Part shown: piece after piece, positions 56,358 to 64,000 of the stretch | Numbering within the stretch: position 1 is the stretch's first letter | Layout: every line of letters begins with the position of its first letter | Program-made: the position numbers and the translations under genes | Notes under the pieces: generated by a model | Told to the model about the DNA's origin: nothing | Seen by the model: only the letters and a program-made list of their open reading frames with translations | The model's database searches: none | Source: a virus | Length of the DNA: 64,000 bases | IMG/VR virus record: IMGVR_UViG_3300021090_000013 | Span: 1 to 64,000 of that record | Reading direction: 5' to 3' (one strand)

Positions 56358-58781
56358 ATGTCCGAACGGCTCGCCCGCGGCGTCATCGAGATCGCGATCG
56401 ACGACAAGGACGTCCGGGCCGGCCTCGCCCGCGTGACCGGCGCCTCCGACAGCGCGGCGCACTCGGTCGCCGGCATCAGCGACGGGATGAGGACCTCCTT
56501 CGGGGCGGTGGCCACCGTCCTGGGCGGAGCGGTCACAGCCATCGCGGGAATCACCACCGGAATCGTGGCCCTGGGCATCCACGGGTCTGACGTTGCCGAC
56601 GTCCAGGAAGCCTTCTCCGGGCTCTCGGAGGGGATGGGCTCCACCGCAGACGTGATGCTGGGCGTGCTTCAGGAAGGGACCCAGGGCACCATCTCGAACT
56701 TCGACCTCATGAAGATGTCGAATGCGGCCCTCGGAAGCGGGCTCATCACCTCTTCCGAGAGCATGGCCACGCTGGCGGCTGGGGCGAAGCTGCTCGCAGA
56801 TAGCACCGGAGGCGATACCGCCGAAGCCTTCGACACCTTGACCACGGCGATGGCAAGTGGCCGCACGGCCGCCCTCAAGCACCTGGGCATCTTCGTCGAC
56901 AGCAAGGTGGCGGTCGAGGACTACCGCAAGTCCACGGGCCACCTCACCGGCGAGCTGACTGACGGCCAGCGTGCGACGGCGCTCAGCGAGGCCGCCCTGC
57001 GGGCGCTCCGAAAGCAGGTCGACGAGAACGGGATCTCCGTAAAGGACTTCTCCGACAACGTCGCCCGCGTCAAGGTCGCCGTCCAAAACTGGACCGACAG
57101 CCTGGCCGTCGCCATTGCCAAGTCCCCAGTCTTGTCCGCCGGGATGGGGGTGCTGGGCACGGCCATCACGAACGCCTTCGGCTCGAACCAGCAAGCGCAA
57201 ACGCAAGCCCTCGCGCGTCATGTCGGGAGCTTCGCCATCGGCATAGTGAACACGGGCATCGTCCTTGGCACGTTCGCCTCGGTAGCCAATGCCGTCTTCT
57301 CCGGGGTCCGGGTCGTCGTGTTGTCCGTCCTCGAAACCTTCGTGGTCCTCGCCACCGGTATCGTCGGAATCATCAATGAGCTTGTCCACGGGGCCAGCAC
57401 AATCCCGGGGTTCAGCCTTGCCCTGGGCGGAGTGGAGGCATCGACTACCGCGGCGACACTCGCGCTGGATGAGATGGCGCACGGGCTGACCGAGCAGATC
57501 GGAGAGGCGGCGAAGGGAGTCGCCGGCAACAACGAGCTCGGCCAGAAGATCACCGCGACCACCGGCACCTTCATGCTCATGCGGGACGCGATGGTCAAGG
57601 CCCAGACCGAGCAGCTCAAGGTGACCGCGACGGCCCCGCACCCGGCGATCAAGAAGGTGGGCGACGAGGCCGGGCTCACGGCCGCGCAGATGCTGGCGCT
57701 GGCCGAGGCCGAGCGCACCGCCACAGATCGCGCCTTTGCGATGAACCAAACGCTTGAGGCCAAGGGACAGGAGCTTCAAGACAACCTGACGGCGTCGACT
57801 CTTAGCGGCGTGGATGCGCGGCTCTTTCAGATCAATCGAGAGCGCGAAGCCGCCCTGGCGAGCCTGGCGCAGTACGCGCGCTCCTACCCGGTGTGGTACG
57901 CGGCGCAAGTCCTCGCGGTGCAACTGACCTACGGCAACATGACGGCGGCCGCGCAGGGCCACTTCACCACCGTGAAACAGGCTGCCGAGGCCGCCGGTTT
58001 CGCGTTGCGATCAACACTCCAGGCCACGTCCGCCAACGCCACGACCCTCTACGCCGACATGCTCGCAAGTGGGCAATTCACCTACGCCCAGCTCGTCGCG
58101 GCCGGCCAGGCATCAGCCAATGCCCAGCAGTTGGCTAACGGCGGGACGGCGCTGACTCATGATGAGCAATTGCGAGAGACGGCCCGAATCGCGGCCGAGG
58201 CATACGCAGCGATCACGAGAGCTGCTGTAGCCTCGGACGCCGAGATCGAGCGGGCCCACAGGGCATCGGCCGACGCCCAAAAGGCGGTGGACGAGGCCGT
58301 GCTCAGGGCCCGACTCGGCCATGCAGCAATGGCCCTCGACGCCGCCTCCTCAATGATCGGCTCCATCTTCTCGCACAACAAGTCGACGGCGATCGCGATG
58401 GCCTTGATCGACACCGCGTCGGCCATCGTCAAAGCCATCGCTGCGACCCCCTTGCCCTGGGGCCTGATCCCGGCCGCGGCGGCCGCTGCCATGGGCGCCG
58501 CCCAGATCGCGACGATTCGGAACACGAACCCGGGCCACGCCCTAGGCACGCCGCGGCTCGACTTCGCCGACTTCGGCTCGGAGTCCTTCCAGCCGCTGCA
58601 CAACCAGGAGGCCGTCATCCCCCGTGGCGGCGGACACCTGTTGGCCGGCGAGATCGCTGACTCCATGGGTGGTAGCGCCGAGCTGGGGGCCAAGCTCGAT
58701 CGAATCGCGGACCTCCTCGAACGACAGCCAGCCGAGATGCGCAAGGCCTACCGCAACGCGTTCCTGCTGGACACGGCCTGA
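56358..58781 (+). CDS. tail tape measure protein (module 2)
   Basis: 807 aa, Ala-rich; ALKHLGI; C-terminal DFG...LH..EAVIP like tape measure 1. Confidence 0.9.
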   Translation: MSERLARGVIEIAIDDKDVRAGLARVTGASDSAAHSVAGISDGMRTSFGAVATVLGGAVTAIAGITTGIVALGIHGSDVADVQEAFSGLSEGMGSTADVMLGVLQEGTQGTISNFDLMKMSNAALGSGLITSSESMATLAAGAKLLADSTGGDTAEAFDTLTTAMASGRTAALKHLGIFVDSKVAVEDYRKSTGHLTGELTDGQRATALSEAALRALRKQVDENGISVKDFSDNVARVKVAVQNWTDSLAVAIAKSPVLSAGMGVLGTAITNAFGSNQQAQTQALARHVGSFAIGIVNTGIVLGTFASVANAVFSGVRVVVLSVLETFVVLATGIVGIINELVHGASTIPGFSLALGGVEASTTAATLALDEMAHGLTEQIGEAAKGVAGNNELGQKITATTGTFMLMRDAMVKAQTEQLKVTATAPHPAIKKVGDEAGLTAAQMLALAEAERTATDRAFAMNQTLEAKGQELQDNLTASTLSGVDARLFQINREREAALASLAQYARSYPVWYAAQVLAVQLTYGNMTAAAQGHFTTVKQAAEAAGFALRSTLQATSANATTLYADMLASGQFTYAQLVAAGQASANAQQLANGGTALTHDEQLRETARIAAEAYAAITRAAVASDAEIERAHRASADAQKAVDEAVLRARLGHAAMALDAASSMIGSIFSHNKSTAIAMALIDTASAIVKAIAATPLPWGLIPAAAAAAMGAAQIATIRNTNPGHALGTPRLDFADFGSESFQPLHNQEAVIPRGGGHLLAGEIADSMGGSAELGAKLDRIADLLERQPAEMRKAYRNAFLLDTA

Positions 58782-60373
58782 TGGGCGAGACCGTCACGAT
58801 CGTTCCGCGCGTGGAGATGATGTTCGGCTCGGACTGGGTTGACGTGTCCGACGACGTCGTGTCCCAGGTCGAGGCCGCGTGGGGCATCCACGGCGCCAAT
58901 CCGAAGCAGCGCATCGCGGACCCTGGCACCATGCGTTTCCAGCTCGACAACTCCAGCCAGAACAGCGGTGGCGTGCGCGGCTATTACACCATCGGGCATC
59001 CCGACGCCCGCGCGGGGTTCGACGTCAAGACGCCGGTCCGATTCGTGCTGCACAACGACCTGCTCGGGGACAAGGTGCGGTGGGTGGGCACCATCGAGGG
59101 CGCGAAGCCGGGCGCCGGAGTCAAGGACCAAACGGTCGACGTGTCCTGCGTCGACTGGCTGGAGGAGGCCGCCCGGGCGAAGATCAGCGGTCTGGGCGTC
59201 CAGGTCGACATCCAATCCGACGTCCTCTTCCAGCTCCTCATCGACGCGGCGGACACGCCTCCGCCAGGCGGCACGCTGGTCGGGACCGGTTCCGACGTCT
59301 ACGAATACGCCCTCGACAACGTCCAGGACGAGACGACGACACTGATCGAGGCCTTGAACAAGCTCCTGCTTAGCGAGTTCGGGCTTTCCTACGTGTCGGC
59401 CGGCGTTGGGGTGTTCGAGGGCCGGCGGCTTCGCAGCGGCGGTGGCGGCGTGCAGCTCGCGCTGGACGAGGACGAGAACCTCATCACTCTGTCCACGGTG
59501 AACGGGAGAGACGAGGTAATCAACCACGTCCTGGTGTCCGTCCACCCGCGCCGCACGGACCCTGTCTATGCGGTCCTCTTCAACCTCGGCTCCTCTCTCG
59601 ATATCGTGCGCGGGACGGAGATCACAATCAGTTGTCCCTACCGCGACCAGAACCAGCAGGCCCAGCGCGTGGGCGGCCTCGACATGCAGGACCCGGATGC
59701 CGGCGAGGGCGACTACTCCTTCAACGCCGCCGAGGACGGGTCGGGGAAGGACCTCACGGAGCAACTGACCGTGACGGCGGTCTTCGGCGGGAACTCCGCA
59801 GCGGTGACCATCGCCAACAACGGGCCCAACGACGGCTTCGTCCCTCCGAACGGGCTGAAGCTGCGCGGGATCGGCCTATACGACTTCGAGCCTGTCATCG
59901 CGGACCGTTCGGACGTCGACAGCATCCTGGCCTACGGAGAGTGCCCGCTGGGCTATGACATGCCCTACCAGAGTTCGCCGACGAACGCGGGCGACCTGGC
60001 GCTCTTCATCCTCGCGCTGAACAAGACGGCTCGCGTGCGCGCCCAGAAGGTGACGTTCATCGCCAACTGGAGCTACACGGAGTGCGAGCAGGCGTTCAAC
60101 CTCGAGATCTCCAACCGCGTGTCTGTGACCTCGGCGCCCTCAGGGCTCGCCGCCGAGCCGTACTTCGTCAACGGCTTCCGGATGGTCGCGCACATGAGCG
60201 GCCTGGTGACCGTGACGTTAGACCTGGCGCCGACGGACACAGCCGAGTATTGGCAGCTCGAGGTGGACGGCAGGACCGAGCTCGACGAGACGACGGTGCT
60301 CGGCTACGGGCTGTTCACCGCCGGCTGGATCCTCAACAGCTCAGAGCTTGGGTCTCAGACGTTTTTGAACTGA
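58781..60373 (+). CDS. tail tip/hub protein
   Basis: Follows tape measure; homologous to the C-terminal part of 15232..17850. Confidence 0.8.
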   Translation: MGETVTIVPRVEMMFGSDWVDVSDDVVSQVEAAWGIHGANPKQRIADPGTMRFQLDNSSQNSGGVRGYYTIGHPDARAGFDVKTPVRFVLHNDLLGDKVRWVGTIEGAKPGAGVKDQTVDVSCVDWLEEAARAKISGLGVQVDIQSDVLFQLLIDAADTPPPGGTLVGTGSDVYEYALDNVQDETTTLIEALNKLLLSEFGLSYVSAGVGVFEGRRLRSGGGGVQLALDEDENLITLSTVNGRDEVINHVLVSVHPRRTDPVYAVLFNLGSSLDIVRGTEITISCPYRDQNQQAQRVGGLDMQDPDAGEGDYSFNAAEDGSGKDLTEQLTVTAVFGGNSAAVTIANNGPNDGFVPPNGLKLRGIGLYDFEPVIADRSDVDSILAYGECPLGYDMPYQSSPTNAGDLALFILALNKTARVRAQKVTFIANWSYTECEQAFNLEISNRVSVTSAPSGLAAEPYFVNGFRMVAHMSGLVTVTLDLAPTDTAEYWQLEVDGRTELDETTVLGYGLFTAGWILNSSELGSQTFLN

Positions 60374-60380
60374 GGGTGCT

Positions 60381-60665
60381 ATGGCTTGGACCGCACCAAG
60401 ATCTTGGGCTCAGGGCCAACTCGTCGAGGCTGCCGATCTGAACGAGCAGGTGCGGGACAACCTCGCACACCTGAAGTTGCTCGTGAACGACGACGGCAAG
60501 ATCCCGATCCTAAGTGACACCTATCTAGCCGATCTCTCGGGAGCGAATCTCACAGGAGTCGCCAAGATCGCCGCGAATAACGACTTCACGGGGGTAAACA
60601 ATTTTGGCTTTGGCATAGGTGCTCGCCTGATCCTTCCGACCGGTTCCGATCGATGGGCGACATGA
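60381..60665 (+). CDS. minor tail protein, short paralog of the HxD protein N-terminus
   Basis: MAWTAPRSW...RDNL..LK...NNDFTG...RLILPTGSD. Confidence 0.75.
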   Translation: MAWTAPRSWAQGQLVEAADLNEQVRDNLAHLKLLVNDDGKIPILSDTYLADLSGANLTGVAKIAANNDFTGVNNFGFGIGARLILPTGSDRWAT

Positions 60666-61606
60666 GCTGGACGACGCCGCGCACATGGGTCGACGGGGAA
60701 GTGACCACGGCGGCTCAGTTCGATGCCCACATTCGCGACAACCTAACGGTGCTGAAGGTCACACGCAACGCCGAGGGGCGGCTGATAGAACTCTCTAGCA
60801 CGACCATTGAGGACCTCACCGCACCCGATAAAGGCATGGCGGGGGTTGGGAGTAACAACAACTTCACGGGCGGGTCGACGAAGTTCAGCGGAGCCGGAAG
60901 GTTGGTTCTTCCCGTCGGTGCGGACAAATACGTGTCATACCCCTTCGGCCTTCGTTCGGGATTCTGGGTCGAGGGTGACTATCTGCACCACGTCCAGAGC
61001 GACCAGACGACAGAATGGCATTATCTCGGCGAGTACGTATCGACGCCAGCGGGCGCAGTGCCAGGCTCTATCTGGGTCGAGGGCAATTACCTCCACTACA
61101 TCGACGCCGACGGCGACGAGCGGCGGTGTCTCTCGGCCGGCGTAACGGGACACGCCGACGCGGCTGCGGTCGGCGGCTCGACATGGGTCGAGACGTTCGT
61201 TCACTGGATCCGTGAAGCCGGGGCCCTGGAATGCCCGGGACATGCCGACGTCGCCCATGCGGACGGGTCCGAGCACAACGACGGTCACGGGGACCTCGCG
61301 CATGCGGACTCGCACGCGGACTCCGGCCATGCGGACTCGCACACGGATGGAGCGCACGCCGACGAGCACTTCGATGTTGCGCACGCCGACGACCATGACG
61401 ACCACGGCGACACGCTCGACACGCCCAACCACGCCGACGAGCACTTCGATGTTGCGCACGGTGACGTGCACGTGGACTACCACTTCGACACGCATGCCGA
61501 CGAACCGCATAGCGACGACCACAACGACTCGCACACCGACTGGCATTTCGACCACGAGGATTATTCCGACTCCCCGACGCTGAACCAGCCAACGGTGGTT
61601 GTGTGA
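60662..61606 (+). CDS. tail-fibre-like protein with C-terminal His-Xaa-Asp repeat array; putative radical SAM substrate
   Basis: MSWTTPRTWVDGE N-terminus, three WVE repeats, 24 HxD triplets. Confidence 0.85.
   Translation: MSWTTPRTWVDGEVTTAAQFDAHIRDNLTVLKVTRNAEGRLIELSSTTIEDLTAPDKGMAGVGSNNNFTGGSTKFSGAGRLVLPVGADKYVSYPFGLRSGFWVEGDYLHHVQSDQTTEWHYLGEYVSTPAGAVPGSIWVEGNYLHYIDADGDERRCLSAGVTGHADAAAVGGSTWVETFVHWIREAGALECPGHADVAHADGSEHNDGHGDLAHADSHADSGHADSHTDGAHADEHFDVAHADDHDDHGDTLDTPNHADEHFDVAHGDVHVDYHFDTHADEPHSDDHNDSHTDWHFDHEDYSDSPTLNQPTVVV
61241..61570 (+). repeat. His-Xaa-Asp coding array with an exact 31-bp internal duplication (61355-61385 = 61430-61460)
   Basis: Counted from translation and DNA. 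Confidence 0.9.
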
Positions 61607-62814
61607 GTGTCGAGGTGAACATCGTTGGGACGCGGTGCAAGATGGCTTGCGCCTATTGCTACCAGTTGCCCGTACGCGTGGCGACGAACAACCGTGCACT
61701 GCGCCTCCTCGACCATTCGGCGATCCGTGCGGCGGTCGTAGCGGCGAACCCCGGCCCTGCCGGCTTCAGCATCTTTGGAGGCGAGCCGCTTCTCGCGGCG
61801 ATCGAGGATCTCGAAAAGCTCTGGACCTTCGGCCTCGAGCGCTACGGGAAGAATGGAGTCCAGACGAGCGGCTCGGAGATCGGGGAGGAGCACCTCGCGC
61901 TGTTCAAGAAGTACCGGGTCCACGTCGGGTTCTCCATCGACGGGCCAGGGGAATTGAACGACGCCCGGCATGCCGGCACGCCAGACCAAACCCGCGCGGC
62001 CACAGCTCATTCCGAGGCGATGCTGAGGCGGTGCCTGGCGGAGAAGGTCGGCGCGTCCCTGATCGTGACCCTACACCGCCTCAACGCAGCGCCCGATCGA
62101 CTCCCGCGCCTTCTCGCCTGGTTCCGCGATCTCGACGCCGTTGGCCTCTCCAGCGTGCGGCTTCACCTCCTGGAGCGAGATGGGCCAGGCGGCGAACGCC
62201 TTGCGCTGACATCGGAGCAGAACACGGCCGCGCTCTTCGCCGCTCGCGACCTGGAGCCGTCTCTCGCTCGACTAAAGTTCGACGTCTTCGCCGACATCGA
62301 GAAGAAGCTCCTCGATCCGACTACGTCGGCGACGTGCGTCTGGAACGGCTGCGATCCCTGGACCACGCCGGCAGTCCAGGGGATCGAGGCCGATGGCTCG
62401 CGGGGCCTATGCCAGCGCGTCCACAAGGACGGGAAGCAGTGGCGTCCGGCGGACCAGCACTCGAACATCCGCCAGGTGGTCCTCTGGAACACGGCGCAAG
62501 AGGACGGCGGCTGCCGCGGCTGCCGGTTCTTCCTGCAGTGCGGCGGACACTGCCCGGGCACTGCGATAGGCGGTGATTGGCGCAACCGCTCAATCGACTG
62601 CCCGACGTGGTTCGCGCTCCTGGAGCGAACGGAGCTGGAGATGGTGGCCCGCGGAGAGCAACCGGCCTCACTCGCCGCCGACCTTGAGGCGCGGATTGAA
62701 CGCTCCCTCGTCGGAGCCGCTGCGCCGAGCGGCCATGGGGACGCACACGGAGACTCTCCACACGGTGACGATCACGGAGACCATACGGACGCGGGCGACG
62801 AGGGGCACGCATGA
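61603..62814 (+). CDS. radical SAM/SPASM domain peptide/protein maturase
   Basis: CKMACAYC (CxxxCxxC), FGGEPLL, SIDGP...ND.R, C-terminal CRGCRFFLQCGGHCP SPASM-like cluster. Confidence 0.92.
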   Translation: MSVEVNIVGTRCKMACAYCYQLPVRVATNNRALRLLDHSAIRAAVVAANPGPAGFSIFGGEPLLAAIEDLEKLWTFGLERYGKNGVQTSGSEIGEEHLALFKKYRVHVGFSIDGPGELNDARHAGTPDQTRAATAHSEAMLRRCLAEKVGASLIVTLHRLNAAPDRLPRLLAWFRDLDAVGLSSVRLHLLERDGPGGERLALTSEQNTAALFAARDLEPSLARLKFDVFADIEKKLLDPTTSATCVWNGCDPWTTPAVQGIEADGSRGLCQRVHKDGKQWRPADQHSNIRQVVLWNTAQEDGGCRGCRFFLQCGGHCPGTAIGGDWRNRSIDCPTWFALLERTELEMVARGEQPASLAADLEARIERSLVGAAAPSGHGDAHGDSPHGDDHGDHTDAGDEGHA

Positions 62815-64000
62815 CCGACCTTCCCCGTGAGTGGTGCCGGCCACCACAGTGGCTCGCTGGCGATTCGCGCGAGGCCTGGGAACCCGTCCTCCGTGCCGCC
62901 CAGGCCGCGTGGTCAGGGCTCGAGCTCGTCTCGATCACCGAGGGCCTGCGCGAATCCGCCATCGTCCATCTCGAGGCTGACGATCTCGCGCGCGCCGGGG
63001 CTGACGTCTCCCGGGTAGGCTTGGCCCTGTCGGTGCTGGAGCACAAGGAAGGCTCCTTTCGTGCGGTCGTGCACCATCCCCGCCTGGCCGCGGCCTGGCA
63101 TGCGGCCTGGGCTGCCGGCGATCACGAAGCGGTCGGCGTGCTGCTCGGCTTTCCGGCCTGCTGCCGCGCCTTCTTCTCCCGCGAGTGGGTCGCCGCCGGC
63201 TCCTACCGCGACCTCACCTTCGCCATGGACACGGTTGATGGCCCGTGGGAGGCGAACACGATGCTGCGCTGGCTCGGCGTCCGGCTGGTGCCCCACCTGC
63301 CCTGCAGCAGCTCGTGCGCCGAGACAGTCGCCCAGGCGCGGGCCTACCTGGAGGCGGGGCGCAGGGCCGGGGTCGACGTTGCGTCCCTGGAGACCGTCCT
63401 CAGGCTGCCAGTGACCCACGATGCGGCCAACGAAGTGGCGATCGTCAGCACGCCGCACTTCCGGTTCCTGGCAGGCGCCGACCGTGGGGCGAAGCGGGCC
63501 GTGGCCCGGAGATCCCAGGAGGAGCCCGGGAGCTGGACCGACAACGGCTTCGCGTCCCACGCGGCCATGGACCAGGCCCACGGGGCAATCCTGAGAGTGG
63601 TCGGCTGGGAGGCGCGGTCCGGGCTCGACCTTGGCTGCGGTGATGGTCGACTCTTATGGAGGGCCGCCCGTCCAGCCAGCGGGCCCTGGGATGGGGTCGA
63701 GTCCGACCCGGGCAGGGCCGAACGCGGGAGCCGCCGCTACGGGCCGCTGGTCACGGTGACCACCGGGAGGATCCAGGACGCCGACCTCTCGGCGGCGACC
63801 TACGACGTCGTCTTCTTGATGCCCGGCCGCCTGGTGGAGATGGACCCGCTGGAGGCCGCCAGGATCCGGGCCGCGCTGCCGGGCCTCGGGCGCCGGCTCG
63901 TCTTGTACGCCTACGGAGACTGGCTCGCAGACGGGCTACCGGCCCTGGCTGAGCGAGCAGGCCTGGGCGTGGTCGGAGACGTCGCCACCTCGCCCGGCAC
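62811..64000 (+). CDS. DUF483-like domain fused to class I SAM methyltransferase (3' truncated by window edge)
   Basis: Hand translation with no stop from ATG 62811: LLGFPACC..FF, RLVPHLPCSSSC, then GLDLGCGDGRLL...GVESD. Confidence 0.8.
   Translation, partial: MTDLPREWCRPPQWLAGDSREAWEPVLRAAQAAWSGLELVSITEGLRESAIVHLEADDLARAGADVSRVGLALSVLEHKEGSFRAVVHHPRLAAAWHAAWAAGDHEAVGVLLGFPACCRAFFSREWVAAGSYRDLTFAMDTVDGPWEANTMLRWLGVRLVPHLPCSSSCAETVAQARAYLEAGRRAGVDVASLETVLRLPVTHDAANEVAIVSTPHFRFLAGADRGAKRAVARRSQEEPGSWTDNGFASHAAMDQAHGAILRVVGWEARSGLDLGCGDGRLLWRAARPASGPWDGVESDPGRAERGSRRYGPLVTVTTGRIQDADLSAATYDVVFLMPGRLVEMDPLEAARIRAALPGLGRRLVLYAYGDWLADGLPALAERAGLGVVGDVATSPG

Noticed and set aside
9271-59764. Many long minus-strand and off-frame ORFs (e.g. 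9271..10287, 50016..51563, 51500..53146, 53495..55012, 56322..57962)
   Set aside because: Shadow ORFs expected at high GC; they overlap well-supported + strand genes and lack motifs
61241-61570. CRISPR array or simple His-rich metal-storage low complexity
   Set aside because: Repeats are in-frame codon triplets with no constant repeat-spacer period and no cas genes; the strict HxD register argues against random His-richness, though metal binding is not excluded
61603-62814. Radical SAM as QueE or another DNA-modification (7-deazaguanine) enzyme, or an anaerobic sulfatase maturase
   Set aside because: No queC/queD/folE/dpdA or sulfatase nearby; the SPASM-like domain, HxD tail and adjacent HxD protein point to peptide modification
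1-64000. Host taxon assignment
   Set aside because: High GC and a probable diderm-type lysis cassette are the only clues; not enough without searches

Overview
GC-rich, entirely phage-derived window, almost all on the + strand, with no host genes, integrase, tRNA or CRISPR array seen. It holds two complete siphovirus virion modules with different head types. Module 1 (0.1-19.4 kb) is HK97-type: P27 small terminase, TerL, HK97 portal, S49 protease, HK97 capsid and a tail with a 1078-aa tape measure. Module 2 (41.5-60.4 kb) is lambda-type: Nu1/GpA terminase, gpW, lambda portal, Clp protease-scaffold, D, E and a tail with an 807-aa tape measure. Between them lie one immunity/recombination/replication region, one lysis cassette and a fibre module. 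The strongest novelty candidate is at 60.4-64 kb, where translationally coupled genes continue the module 2 tail operon. A tail-fibre-like protein there ends in 24 His-Xaa-Asp triplets. It is followed by a radical SAM/SPASM enzyme that itself ends in 5 His-Xaa-Asp triplets, and then by a DUF483-like/methyltransferase fusion that the ORF track misses because it runs off the window. This resembles RiPP-type machinery aimed at a virion protein. Module 2 also has a 20-Cys metallothionein-like segment in its scaffold and a glycosyltransferase cluster. All family calls come from motif recognition by eye; no searches were run.
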